A stretch of 63,667 bases of DNA, filler included, from Reticulomyxa filosa (taxonomy: Eukaryota > Protista > Foraminifera): NCBI GenBank assembly GCA_000512085.1. It is 25 parts of 25 records of this genome, joined end to end, with 100 filler letters (N's around TTAATTAATTAA, not from the genome) between each part and the next. Parts side by side here need not be neighbours in the genome. Positions count along the whole stretch, not along the records: positions 44,030 to 54,235 come from ASPP01008939.1; positions 54,336 to 55,843 come from ASPP01038487.1; positions 55,944 to 57,195 come from ASPP01033247.1; positions 57,296 to 58,980 come from ASPP01012762.1; positions 59,081 to 61,680 come from ASPP01013622.1; positions 61,781 to 63,667 come from ASPP01011097.1; 19 more parts are not named here. One strand, written 5' to 3'. The translations under genes were made by a program, and so were the position numbers. Positions within the stretch are counted from its first letter, which is position 1; each line of letters starts with the position of its first letter. The notes beneath the pieces are model-generated. The model was not told the DNA's origin, did no database searches, and was given only the letters and a program-made list of their open reading frames with translations. Below are positions 50,716-63,613 of the stretch, one piece after another.

Positions 50716-52440
50716 TTATCGTGTTAAGTAAAGTTTAGCAAAATGATGATGTAAATCCTGCATATATTTGCGATTACTGTAGATGAAAGCAAGGACATCA
50801 TTCATTTGTATTTCTTGTCTATTGTCTTTGTCTGTTCGGCTGGAGCCATCCAATTTGTCTAGACTCATTTTTTCATGGCCACTTTCATTAGCTTTTTGAT
50901 TTGCTTTCCTTTTTTTAGAAAAATCGAACACAAAATCTCCACCCAAGGCATCCAATGACGCGCTTTCCATTTGAGAATGTTTGTTTCGTGCCATGGAAGA
51001 TTGACTAGCTTGGATTTTTTCAGAGTCAGTTTTCATTTGTTTCAACATTTGATCTAATTGTGCACGGCGCAACTCTTGTTCGGGAGTCAGAAATCCAGTC
51101 ACTCTTTGTTCTTCCAGTAGTGCCCTTTCATTCATCAAGGCTTCTTCACTCTCATCTTTGCTTTCTTTCTCTTCTCGTGCTCGATATTCTTCATTGATTT
51201 TGTTAATTCGCAGCTGAGGTCGATTGGTGATGGTACAGCTTTATCACAAATGAAATAAATACGCTTCCAAGTTTTATGTGTGTGGCATGCACATCATACA
51301 AACAAATGCAATGTGAGTGTCAATGCAATACTACTAAACAAGGGATGATAAGTAGAAACATGGGTACGATATTCCGTCCATTTTGCAATATCTTGCAGCA
51401 TATTTTTGATGTAGTGTTCCAAAGCCAAAGCCAGCATATATCCACTCCTTGGATCGGTCGTCACGCCATATCGACTGCATTGCTCAGTGATCAAACCACT
51501 TATCATATGCATATTTACGTGTTTTGTCTGTTCTAACTCGATTTTTTCATAGGACATATTTAATGCCTCATCAGCTAAAGTCCATTCAATAGTGTTTTGT
51601 CCAGTCTTTTTTTAGTCCCCCCCCCCCACACACATTATATAAAAAATCATTATTACAATACGTATGTACGAAAAAATTTTCATTTCAGTTTGGTTAAAAT
51701 CAAAGACAAAGACGTAAGTTCAAAAAAAAATAATAACTGTTTCCTCAGTTTCCAAGTCAATATTTGACAATGTCACAGGATCCATCAAATCTTGGGCCAA
51801 AGGAATTTCACTTATTTCTTCAATTTCTTGTAATTCCGGTACATCTTTCTTTAAGTATATGTCAAATAGTCAAAGCATGTGTTGGCATTACATAAGACTA
51901 TTTCATTTACAACTCCTTACTCCAGAAACGGATTTTGTGTATGTTTATGCAAGATATGTGAAGGAAGAGCGTTTGGAAAATATTCGAAACATATTGCGAT
52001 TGCAAAGGTTTTTTCTTCTTTCGTTTTATTTGCTTCGTTTCCTCGGCTCGTTTGTCATCCTCGTCTGACATCATCGAAGGCATCAACTCGTCCAGTTTTT
52101 CATCTCCTGTAGTGCCTTGACCTTTGCAAGTTTGTTTGTTTGTTTGTTGTTGTTGATTATTGGTCATTATTATTTTTATCAAAAAAACTCATATCATTCT
52201 CTCCCCCTTTTTTTCTACTTTTCTTTCATTTCAAAAAAAAAAAAAATCACCTTGGTTGAGACGTCGTCGTTTTGAAGGTGGGTTATTCAATTCCATTTCA
52301 ATTTCTGTTCCCATATCCATTTCACTTTGTTTTCTTTTGCGCAAATGCGGATCATTGATGTCCTCGTTTACTAATTCTTGCTTTCGTTTTGTTTCGATCG
52401 CCGAAAAAAAACGTGAAAACATCCCCTCTTTGTTTTCCAT
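50716..52440 (-). CDS. TAF4: TFIID subunit TAF4 (histone fold plus conserved C-terminal domain)
   Basis: DLMDPVTLSNIDLETEE, histone fold LALALEHYIKNMLQDIAKWTEYR, ASLDALGG and RQEIQMNDVLAFI. Confidence 0.75.
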
Positions 52441-53097
52441 TCCTAACTCATTGCCGACCCTAAGTTTTTTTTTCCCCCATCATCAAATTATTCACTAGGT
52501 CATATGTTTTTTAAATCTTCTTATTTTCTCTACAAGACAATAACTCCACTCGAGGGAATCAAGGGAATACAATGGCAGCAATTCACTGTAAAGGTCTTCT
52601 GTGAAGTATTTTCGTTCCCATTCCATGTCATTTTTAATATCTTATTTTTTTATTTTTTATTTTTCCAGTTCCTATTTGGTCAAAAGAAGCATACCTTTGA
52701 ATTCATCAAACACATGAGCAGACAGAATATGCTTGGAAGCAGAAACCGTCGGCTGAATTTGCCATTTGCTCTCAAATTGCCGTCTCAACGTACCACAATA
52801 TTCAAATAGATTATCTTGATACCCCTCTTTTTGCTTTTTCAATTTCTTTTGGGTCATTTTTCAATATGACTCAATTTTCAAAATTTTTAGGGTATCCCCG
52901 TCTTATGCTTTGATTATTTTCTTATCGGCTTCACCTCTTTTCATGATCCCTTTATTTTCATACTCAGCCGTTTTCGTTTTTCCATACCGCACATTGCAAA
53001 CATTGAAAGTGGCTGCTGAAGGCGGTCAGCAAGTTTTTTTTTTAGAAATTATTTATCATAATCATTTTAATACACAACTTGGAAATTGGTTGAGCAT

Positions 53098-54235
53098 ATG
53101 CTTCCATCACCACCTCCCCCATCGATCCTATCAAAGCCCTCTCGTGTCCGCAAGTCGAGATGGAGCTCCAAGCCCTTACCTACGTCGCAATCAACAACGG
53201 ACAATTTGATAGCTAACCCCCTTCTCAGGTGTGTGAACCCCCATGAACAAGACTGTGATAGGAGAGAAAAAAAGGAAATGCAAAAAGGACTGATTGCAAA
53301 AAAAAAAGACCTAAAAATCAGCGATTGGCACTATATCATTAATTTTTTTTTTGTGCTTGTTTAAATGGACATCTTTAAAAAACCTTTGTATTTTTTTTTT
53401 TTTTTGCATATCCGTGGTCGAAAAAATGGACAACAATCCAAAAAAAAACAACAAAAAACAAAAGCTTGACAATTGGGTTGTTAAATTTCAATGCGTCCAA
53501 TTCCACACATGATCCATCATATCAATCTCATAGCTCCTCCACAAATCAACCCAATGCCAAAACAAAAACAAAGACAAACACAAGCACAAGTACAAGTGGA
53601 AACTCCAAGCACAAAATGGAAGCATCGGAGAGCAATTCAACGTCTCAAATGTCATCAGATAACAATAACAGTTCTAACAAAGGCGTGCAAAAAACAAAAC
53701 CAAAAAAAACAAAACAAAATAAAAGTGCGGTGATTCGCAATATCTCTTCATTCCGTCAAACCAATAAATGAAAGTATATATGTGTGATGTCCCTTTTTTT
53801 TTTTATATAAGGAATGAAGCGTCGTCAATCGCCTTCTCAGAAAACAATTGTCAATAGTGAAAGCAGAGAAACAGAAGATGGTTGGAAGAAGGACAAAGCC
53901 CGTCGCAGACGTAGCACAAGCAAATCGAGTCGACACTATCGACATCGAAGCGATCGGAGAAGTCGTCGAAAACGACAACTATCAAAATCACCCTCACAGC
54001 AAGACGGTTCGAGACGGAGGAGGAGTAAAAATAGAACCAGGAGTAAAAGTAAAACCAAAAGCAGAAGCAGGAGTAGGAGTAGAAACAAAAGTGAAAGTAG
54101 GAGTGGCAGTGGAAGTAGACACTACAGTCGCAGTCGTGGACATAACAAGAACAATGACAACAGCAACCATAATGATAATTACAGTAATGATAATGACAAC
54201 GATAACAATAATAATAATAATAATAATAATAATAA
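53098..54235 (+). CDS. RS-rich (SR-related) nuclear protein N-terminus (3'-truncated)
   Basis: RVRKSRW motif in exon 1, a Ser/Thr-rich exon, then an RSRSRSR tract and poly-Asn. Confidence 0.5.
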
Positions 54236-54371
54236 NNNNNNNNNNNNNNNNNNNNNNNNNNNNNNNNNNNNNNNNNNNNTTAATTAATTAANNNNNNNNN
54301 NNNNNNNNNNNNNNNNNNNNNNNNNNNNNNNNNNNAATTTAGTTATTGCACTATTTCAATCAGCTGTCTTC

Positions 54372-55194
54372 CTTTTTTTAAGATAATAATTGTTTAATTA
54401 TGCAAGAAGATGAACATAAATAGATCGTGCAAAGAAAATCATCTGTAAAAACGATATTTGTTATTCTTTCAAATCAAAAGAAACTTTATCCATTGTGCAA
54501 AATATTTGTTGATGTCCGAATACTTTATTTTAAAAAACGGCAACGACATCATTAAATAGCAAATAAAGTTTTTGCAAAGCTAGAAAAAAAATCCTTTATG
54601 ACGTATACTTTTTTGTATTGTCAGCCTTTTTGTGCTGACATGACATTATTTGTATCTGTTTCCACTATTCTGTAATTAAAGCTAAAAAAAAATACTTCAA
54701 AAATCTTCAAAATATTATCCAATTGCTTTGTTTAATTTCTTTAAGAGATATTCAATAGATTGTGAATAAAATTTAGAGTTTGTTTCATTGTTATCTTTGA
54801 GTCTATTGATCAAATATGAAAAGGGAGTATTGATTTACGTTTCATTCAATCCATTGCAATTTCTCCAATTAAATAGTTAGATGTACAACAAGTCGAACAC
54901 TTTTGAAGTATTTTTGTTTAGCCTTTAATAACAAAATAACAAAAATTTATTATGCTTGCAGAAAAACGCTGACAAAGCAATGAATATACGTAATAAAGGA
55001 TTTTTCTATCTTTGCGAAACATTATCGAAATAAAAGTATTTGGATATCAGTAAATTTTTTGTATATTAGACAAAGTAAACAACTCACTTCTTTTATTTGA
55101 AAGAATAACAAATATTCTTTTTTCTACAGATGATTTTATTGTATGATCCGTTTGTATTCATCTTCTTGCATGAATAAACATTATCTCAAAAAAG
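54372..55194. mobile_element. Long imperfect inverted repeat (foldback/MITE-like), arms about 330 and 295 bp with a 200-bp spacer
   Basis: 54372-54702 aligns to the reverse complement of 54901-55194, e.g. ATGCAAGAAGATGAA, AAAATCATCTGTA, ATATTTGTTATTCTTTCAAAT and AAAAATACTTCAAAA. Confidence 0.85.
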
Positions 55195-57383
55195 AGAAAA
55201 ATTTATTTTAGAAAAATCTGTAATGTGATTAGAATTAATAAAATGTTTGATAATTACACAAGCAATTTTACTGAGCTAGTAGTCAATTGATTCTGAACGA
55301 TTTTACATCCACTTATTTGTCTTTCATTGTTTGCCGCAAATTCATAATGAATATAAGTTTTCTTATTATTTCAATACTTAAATTTATTTAAATTAGGTAA
55401 AAATTATCATTATTTAAATATGTAGTACTCTCGAAAATAAGCACATGAATAGCACGTTTTTAAAATTCTTTTATTCAGCAGTTTTTATTTTTTCTTTTGT
55501 TTTAAACAGAATTTTTTTATTATGTGTAAGATATCTGTATATATAAAACAAATCGAAACAATCTTTATTTGTGTCATTCCAACAATTACTGCTAATATTA
55601 AATAAAAAATCATCCAAATAAACTTATTTTTTTTCCTTTAATGAAATAGTTCAAATGCAAATCTGATATTATCAAACTTGCATTTTCATCAACATTAATA
55701 ATCTATTTATTCCAAATAAATAAGCATATGTTCAAAAAGACGCACATTCAAGACACACTTCTTAAGAACCATACATTTTTTTTAATTCAACTAATTTAAA
55801 AAAACCAAGTTTTAAAAGAGACTGCGAAATTTGTTATAAAAACNNNNNNNNNNNNNNNNNNNNNNNNNNNNNNNNNNNNNNNNNNNNTTAATTAATTAAN
55901 NNNNNNNNNNNNNNNNNNNNNNNNNNNNNNNNNNNNNNNNNNNTTTTTTTTTTGTGATTATCATGTTTTTTTCTTTTTGGAGTGGGCACTACCACACTTT
56001 TTACATAATGCGTGTGTACGTTAACTCGTTAAGGTATAATAGTCTTAATGATCAAGTGTTCTTTGACATTAAGAATTTTGTATTTTGAATTTTTTTAATA
56101 ATAAATGAATCGATTCAAAATTTATTTTATTTCACAAAGAATTTTTTACTTAATACCAAAAACATTCAGCATAACAACTTGAAAAAAACTTAAAACACAG
56201 TTGTGTTTTTTTCTGTTATAAATTGAACAGTATTTCAAGGTGAATGATGTTGACAACAACATCTGAAGAAAAGTATCTATTGATTAATGTAATTACAAAA
56301 AGTATTTTATTTTAATATTTTAAATTTGAAAAAAAATCGTAATTGTGAAATTTTTTAAAAATATCAAACAATTGGAAGAACTAATAAACTGTTTAAAAAA
56401 CGCAAAAAAGGGAGAAGTATTTTCACTCTAAATCAAGTTTTTTAATATAAAAGTTCATCAACATGATTGATTCGATTCATCTCCAAAAATGTTTCGTTGA
56501 TTCAAATGAGCAGCTTTAGTCTCCAACTTATAGTTGAACAGGATCTCAAATTGATTGCCGTTGCACACGTAGTCCCAACAGAACTGCTTCAGATAGTGAT
56601 AATCCATTTCACATCGAATTTCCCTCACATGTCAAGCAGTATAACCTTTCTTTGAGTTCTTCCTGTGCACATAGAATTTCTTTTCCACTCTTGGACAATG
56701 TATTGATATTTTCTAATACTTGCTGGCCGTGTTTCTACTGGTACACGTAAGCTTTTGCTTTTTGCAATCAATCAATATGCGTGTCAATGATATCTTAAAC
56801 AATCAGGCCTCTTTCACTGTAATAACTCGACACGAAGCTCTGATTGTCTTTCTGCATTGTTATTTGTGACTATATTTGGACTTGCTTGGAGGAGTGCGTT
56901 TCACTTCTGCTTGTAGACTCAGTTTCTGTGTTAACATCTGCAGAAACTTTGAATATTTCAATGTCTATATTTTCAACAAATTTCTTTTTTTTGTTATCAA
57001 ATCATGAATGGTTGAGCTCCACTTTGTCGGATGGGTTGTTTCCACAGTATTAGTTTTTTTCCATTTTGATAGAATGTATTTGTGTCGGCACTTTTGCTGA
57101 TCTTCTTCATTGTGGTCCTATACTTGTGCTCTATTTGTTGTAGCTTTAGAGAAAAACAAATTTGATAAAAAAAAAGACAATAATACTTTAAGCAANNNNN
57201 NNNNNNNNNNNNNNNNNNNNNNNNNNNNNNNNNNNNNNNTTAATTAATTAANNNNNNNNNNNNNNNNNNNNNNNNNNNNNNNNNNNNNNNNNNNNCCCCC
57301 CCTATCTTTTGAGCTGTTTAATTCTGTAATAGCTGTGTCTGTATTGTGTTCATATTTGTATGGTTTTGTAATGCAATAAATAG

Positions 57384-57757
57384 AGGAAGTTCATAAGGTC
57401 TACGTGCTGGGACATCACGTATTTTCGACAGTGAATGAATCAATTCCACCTGCCACCAACACAGAAGCACCTGTCTATGTTCTGTCCAGAGATTTAAGTA
57501 AAAATTTGTGCAAAGATCAAAGCAGTAGCAATGGGCTTGGCGAATTGTATCAACAATTGTCTCAACACTTACGCAAACTATTCGACTTCAATTGCTTTGG
57601 CTACGATTTGATCGTGGACGAAAAAGATTCATCCAAAGGATACATTTTGGATATCAATTATCTTCCTTCATACAAATCGGTTGATAACTTTACATCGCTT
57701 TTTTGGGGATTTGCCTTGGAGCAATACTACGAATTTTTAAACCAGAAAAGTAGTTGA
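57384..57757 (+). CDS. ITPK1: Inositol-tetrakisphosphate 1-kinase (ATP-grasp) last exon
   Basis: KVYVLG..SIP..LRKLFDFNCFGYDLIV..YILDINYLPSY. Confidence 0.85.
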
Positions 57758-58685
57758 TAGCGTAACACGCCAACCATTTCAATACACCCCCCCCACAATG
57801 CTGCAAATACAAATGTTGCAAATGGGACTACCCAAAATCCAAATAGAATAACTCCTTTTCACTACTTTCATTTGTAATGCAACATTTGGGTGCATTTTTT
57901 GTGTTGATTTGACTTTTCATACCCCCTTTTTTATTTTTTGTTGTTTGAAGGTCCTTTTGAGGGTGTGCAATGACTGTTGTGTGAAGCGGGTTTTTGTTAG
58001 TATTAAACCCCTTTAATTTTTTTTGTAATCATTTCATTAACTTTGTGTTTGTGTGTATAAGGCGTGTGACCTCTCAATTAAAAACTGTGCAAAGAGTCAA
58101 TACATACATTTCTTTTTCTTATTTTTATTTTTTGCTTCTGTGTACGTTTTATGGAGAGCTCTATTCTGTTTCCTTCCTTTTGAATCATTTGCTATTTTTA
58201 GATTTCTTGTGCATTTTTTGTGTGACCAACAAAACTTTCTTAATCAAAATCTTTCGGTTCATTAGATGTGCAATCTAAATTTTGGAAAAACCTGGACATA
58301 AAAAAGTTTTCTTTTTTAAATATAATTTAAACTGTTTAATTGTGCTCAAATAAGTGTAATTTTTGGTGATTTACAATTGTTTGGATACTTAAAATAGAAA
58401 TAACAATCAAATAATATGCTCTGTAACAATAATCTTTTCAGTAATTTTTAAAGCACCTTTTCATAGAAAAAATTCAAAATCTCTTTTTTTAAACATTTTT
58501 TGGGCAAAATAACAACATGTTTAATTTTTTTTGCTTTAAAAAAAGACCAAAAAAAGTTCAGTGAGGTGTGTGAGTTGTTTTTTTCTTTGTTTCAAAACAG
58601 TATTTTTCATTTTCCAAAGTTTTTGGTGTTGGGTGAATCATTGTTGTGGAGAATTATCTTTTTTTGTAGTTGACTCAAAACAACA

Positions 58686-58870
58686 ATGTATTCTCTGCTG
58701 CTGTTTTTGCTCGTGACAACGAGCGTTAGAGGGACAGGCTGGGACATGCGGCCACCTTATTACGATACATGTTGTGTCCGTTACCAATGGAATGCTTTGA
58801 AAAGTGGCGGTCAAGTTTTGTAAATCCGTTTTTGCAGAAAGGACATGGCGCAGCGCCTACATATACATAG
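58686..58870 (+). CDS. Possible 5' end of a secreted protein
   Basis: MYSLLLFLLVTTSVRG signal-peptide-like start in a GC-richer block. The frame closes at about 58824 unless there is an intron or indel. Confidence 0.3.
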
Positions 58871-59165
58871 ATACATAAATGAATTTTTTTGGTGCAAGCT
58901 GTTGCACCATTTTTTTCAAAAAAAAAAAAAAAGTGTTTTTGGTCTTCACAATACAAAGTGGAGAGGTACAATTACAAACCNNNNNNNNNNNNNNNNNNNN
59001 NNNNNNNNNNNNNNNNNNNNNNNNTTAATTAATTAANNNNNNNNNNNNNNNNNNNNNNNNNNNNNNNNNNNNNNNNNNNNAAAAAAAAAAAAAAAACTAC
59101 GTATACATATATGTATTATATATATATTGTATATTGTATGTAATGTTTTTTTTTTTTTTCAAAAC

Positions 59166-59459
59166 ATGTTAAATCTAAGTTGAAGTCATGTTCCTCGTCA
59201 ATAAATCTTCTTTTCTTACGACTGACAGCTTTTCGAATTTTCTCGGCAAACCAATTGTTGGCCTTTTTTTCCAAAATGGCATCCAAGCCGGCCTTGTCTT
59301 GTTTGCTCGTTTTTTGTCCTTTGTACAAAAAATTGTTTGATTTCCTGTTTTTGCTTTTCGTGGTACTTTTTCGTTTCCTGTCATTTTCCTTCTTCTCTTG
59401 TGACAGGTCTTGTTTTTCCTCTTGTTGCTGCGCTTTGTCGTCATTTTCATTCGTATTAA

Positions 59460-59538
<79 letters not shown>

Positions 59539-60912
59539 GTCATTGTCATTGTCATTGTCGTCATTATCATCGTCGTCGTTTTCATCATCTTCGGACAGTT
59601 CCTCGGGCAGTCCTCCAATAGCCATGATAATCTGTTGGTCTTCTTTGGGAATATTCGACATCCTTTTCTTCATTTCTTTTTCTTCTTTGGTTAGTTTTTT
59701 CGGACGTCGAAGTTCTTCCGCCTCCGCGATTTCGTCCACGCCCTCCGTTTCGTCTTTGACATCTGAGTCCATCCGCTTCTTCTTTTTCTTCTTGGCCGAA
59801 GGAACGGGGTGGTTGGGGTCGTACACTCCAAACAGATTGTCCACGCTCTCTGTTTGCGTCTGAGTGAGCATTTGGAATCGAGCATTGTCCGATGCTGTTT
59901 CATTTGATGTGATTGGTGTTGCATTACACAGTGGTGTGTATGTATGTGTCATCAACAAAACAAAATAAATAAACACTTGGTGATGCAGGCTCTTGGACTG
60001 GGCTTTGTACATTGTCAGATGGGAGTTGATTCAGGACAAACTCTTCTTCCCACTCTTTGAAGTCGTGCATTGGATGATCCATGTCTTTGTCCAGTTTCTT
60101 TTCTCTGGGCGAATCCGTGAGTCTGGTCGCCACTTGTTGCAGCACAAATGGGGGCTGGTGTTCTCGACGACGTATTTGATTCCACTGAATGCCACCCTCG
60201 CGAAAGAACGCATGGTCCATTACCTCCATTGCCCCCTTTGCTCCGAGGCGTTTGCTGCAATCGCGTTCGAGCAGTTGAAGAATCAGATCTTGCATTAATG
60301 GATGCACTTGAGCCGATTCATTGAGCAGTGAGCCAAAAAGCAGTTGTTTGATATCATCTATATATGTACGTATGTATGTATGTATGTATATGTACGTATG
60401 TATGTATATACTTATATACATACATATACATACATATACATATATATATATATGTATATATGTATATATGATTAATTGTCGTTCCGACTGTAGAGTGATG
60501 AAAAATGATATGTACGTAGATAAGTACACACCGCAGCAAATGGCTTGGCACACTTGCTCCCTGTCTCCGGTGAACGGGGGAATGCCCGTCAGGATGTGAT
60601 AAATCAGTATGCCAAGTCTCCACCAATCCGAGACGCGATCGTCTGTGCCAAACAGCAAAAACTCGGGCGGCGCATAGCACAAAGGGCCCGTTCGATAGAT
60701 GATCTTTTCGTTGCGTTGCGAATCAAAGGTGGGAAGCGCAAATGCAAAGTCCGTTAAAATTATATGGGATTTGTGAGATATGTATATTGTCTCTGGCGAC
60801 AGATTGGGAAATGTTAGATCATGTTTGTGTAAATATTCTGTCAAACAAGTGCATTTATTTTGTTTATTGGATCTCTTGGTTTTTTATTTTTTTTTTTTTT
60901 ATATCATATACA

Positions 60913-60944
<32 letters not shown>

Positions 60945-61179
60945 CATGTATACGTATATGTATAATATATGGCATACCAATGGCACACACTATTTCCGCA
61001 ATAAGTACTCGGAGAGATGTCGCAGACACACTTCGATAAAGATGCAAACAATTTGTTAACGATCCATTGGCTGGACAATTGTACGAAGCCCACGCGCTTT
61101 TTCCGGTATCGCCACGACGAAGTTGTGTGATCAGATAAGGATTGATCAGCTTCGACATTTTATTCATCGATTCGTACGC

Positions 61180-61221
<42 letters not shown>

Positions 61222-61680
61222 TGTATATATGTGTATATTATATATACATATATATATATATATATGTATAGTCCATCCAACATACAAAAGTTGGCAAGAC
61301 AAAAAAAGAATATCCAATAGCGACATACCAAATGAAAGTTGGGATCATGCTTCGCAGCAACCTGCAAAAGATAAGGCACGTCACTGAGTTCGGTGGTGAC
61401 AATGGCCACCTTGCCATAGGGTGGGACGTCCTCCTCTTCGGGTCGATAGTTGAGTGTCAGACGTCTTTTGGTGCGATGAGAGATTGGTTGACACCATCGT
61501 CGAGCGAGCACGACGCCACCATAGGTGAAAACTCCTCTTGCACTTGATATCCAGAGATATGTTCAGGCAGCACATTTTCCATAATGGATAATCTGGTGAT
61601 ATCAGCAAAATGATGAGCGGGTTCTTTTTCCTCTTGTTCTTCTTCTTCTTCTTCTTTTTCTTTTTCTTTTTCTTTTTCTT
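59166..61680 (-). CDS. AGC-family pseudokinase fused via a low-complexity linker to a PTEN-like phosphatase N-terminus (both ends truncated)
   Basis: Kinase subdomains YGKVAIV, IAEIVCAI/EYLH, LTDFAF, GPLCYAPPE, DWWRLGILIY..TGIPPF, KRLGAKGAMEVMDHAFF and W..I...PPF. The final visible exon ends EKIRKAVSRKKRRFIDEEHDFNLDLT. Confidence 0.8.
59462..59582 (-). repeat. Coding (GAC/AAT)n repeat encoding poly-Asp/Asn
   Basis: About 25 consecutive AAT codons in the kinase-PTEN linker. Confidence 0.9.
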
Positions 61681-61865
61681 NNNNNNNNNNNNNNNNNNNN
61701 NNNNNNNNNNNNNNNNNNNNNNNNTTAATTAATTAANNNNNNNNNNNNNNNNNNNNNNNNNNNNNNNNNNNNNNNNNNNNATATATATATATATATATAT
61801 GTATATGTATATGTATATATTGTAAATATGTGACAGATCGTATACTCCACGAAACACTTACTCAA

Positions 61866-62490
61866 CCACACTAAAATTATAATTTCTCATTTGTGCGTCT
61901 TTATAGAGCAACGTTTGTGTACAGTTTGTCATCGGCGAGAAATAACAGTTATACGACTTGTACTGACCATTATCTAGACTTGGATCGCAATACTTGCTGT
62001 CTTTGGGCGCCCATTGCCACGTCGAGTCATCCGTCCAAATAAACGTTCGGTTCAAATACAACGCCAACATAAATCCTCGTAACCACATCGCGCGGACATG
62101 CGACATTATCCCCCACGAACAACGGAATATGTATTTCACATATTTCTGCGTCGGTGAAAACTCACACTTGGCAGGGTATTGCAATCGGATTATCTCTTTA
62201 AACAATCGATCATACTTCTTTCGCTGCGGCACTGGTATTGGACAAAACATATTCGTATCCATGAATTCTTCCACTTCGCTTTTTGCTTGCTCTGCTAATT
62301 TCTCATTGTCTTTGTTTACTTCCTTCCATGTTTTATTTGCCACTTGCTGCTGCAAAGCTGAGATTATCCAAGGTCTTCTGTCGTCTGGAGAGTAGGTATC
62401 AAAATGTGCCCACAGCACCAAATATGCAAATAAACCAGTTACAAACAGAAGAAAGGCATATCTCAAACTAAGTATTGACAAAGACGCCAT
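61866..62490 (-). CDS. Alpha-1,6-fucosyltransferase (GT23, FUT8-like) first exon
   Basis: Type II TM anchor and stem, then IRLQYPAKC..WGIMSH..FMLALYLNRTFI..YFSPMTNC, matching the FUT8 LQNPxDC..GYGCQLH..RTLI..FRPVSETC pattern. Confidence 0.75.
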
Positions 62491-63354
62491 ATTGTTATGA
62501 GCGAGATGCCCACATTCCGTTCCCTCTAGCTTTTTTTAAAATTTTTTTCAACGTTTTTCGTTAAAAAAACTAATATGTTTCAATAGTGTAAATCATTACA
62601 CTTGCAAAGGAAAACGTCTAAAATAAGCACTGTACTCGTTAAAATATAGCCAATACACACTTAATCAATATTCAATAACATTATAAGAAACAATCATTTT
62701 TTTTAAAAAAAAGAATGATAAAAAAAACATTAAAAAGCGTGCAGTTCCATGTGGATACTAGCAAATTCGTGACATTCTTCCCACTAAAAAAAAGTAAATG
62801 ATTAATATATTTCAAAAGGTGTAAGTCTACAGAACAGAAAAGTTTGTTGTTTGCTTGTGAACGATTTGTCAAGGAAATCACCAGATCAAGCAAAAAAGCT
62901 TGCATGTTATAAATGAATCGAGATCGTTTGGTAGAGTATTTCATCACGGTGGGATTAGAAGAGAACTCTATTGTGTCAATTGCAGATGATTGTTAGTAAC
63001 ATTTGTTTTGTCTCTCCAATAAATGAACTCTAACAGCACGCGTACTTTAAGTTTCCTCAAAAAACCCTATCGCAAATAAACATTTTAAAAAACAAAATGA
63101 CACACCATGCATACAAAAGTATGTGCAAATCCAATACGAGAACTGCGCATTATCTCAGAGAAAGAAGCACTCCCGGATGGATTTGTGTGCATGAATGCTA
63201 CAGTGACAGGAAAAGATGCTCACTTGATAAAGTTGACAACTGTTTGAAACTCCTCCCAAATATAAGTTTGTAAAGGGGCAACTCAAAAAAAAAAAAAAAA
63301 AGAAAAGGACTCGTAAACTCAGAGAAATATTATTTATGCTATTCACGTGAAAAC

Positions 63355-63613
63355 ATGCCGAATGCAAGTAACACGAATCTAACGTACATAGGACTTTTAC
63401 CGTTGAAAAAAGTGGATGAAAATGAGTGGACAAAAGTGGAGGGCATAATATCGATAAAGCAAACCGACTACTGTTTGGTGGTCAAACACGACCCAACCAG
63501 GACACCCATTGCCGACCTCTGTCTCATTTCCGCCGAGGCTCAGGAAAAATGTCCCGAGAAATTTTCTGCATTTCCGTTCACTATTAATGGCCTCACTCTT
63601 TGTTGTCGACAAG
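63355..63613 (+). CDS. MABP (MVB12-associated beta-prism)-like domain protein, first exon
   Basis: TPIADLCLISAEAQEKCPEKF..INGLTLCCR resembles the MABP PITDIxVI..ExCPxGF..LCY repeat. A GT donor follows. Confidence 0.5.

Noticed and set aside
61340-61430. PPYGKVAIVTTEL resembles the start of class III nucleotide cyclases (PTGxVAIVFTDI)
   Set aside because: It sits exactly where kinase subdomain I (FGKVxLV) belongs relative to the following kinase exons, and the cyclase Asp is absent.
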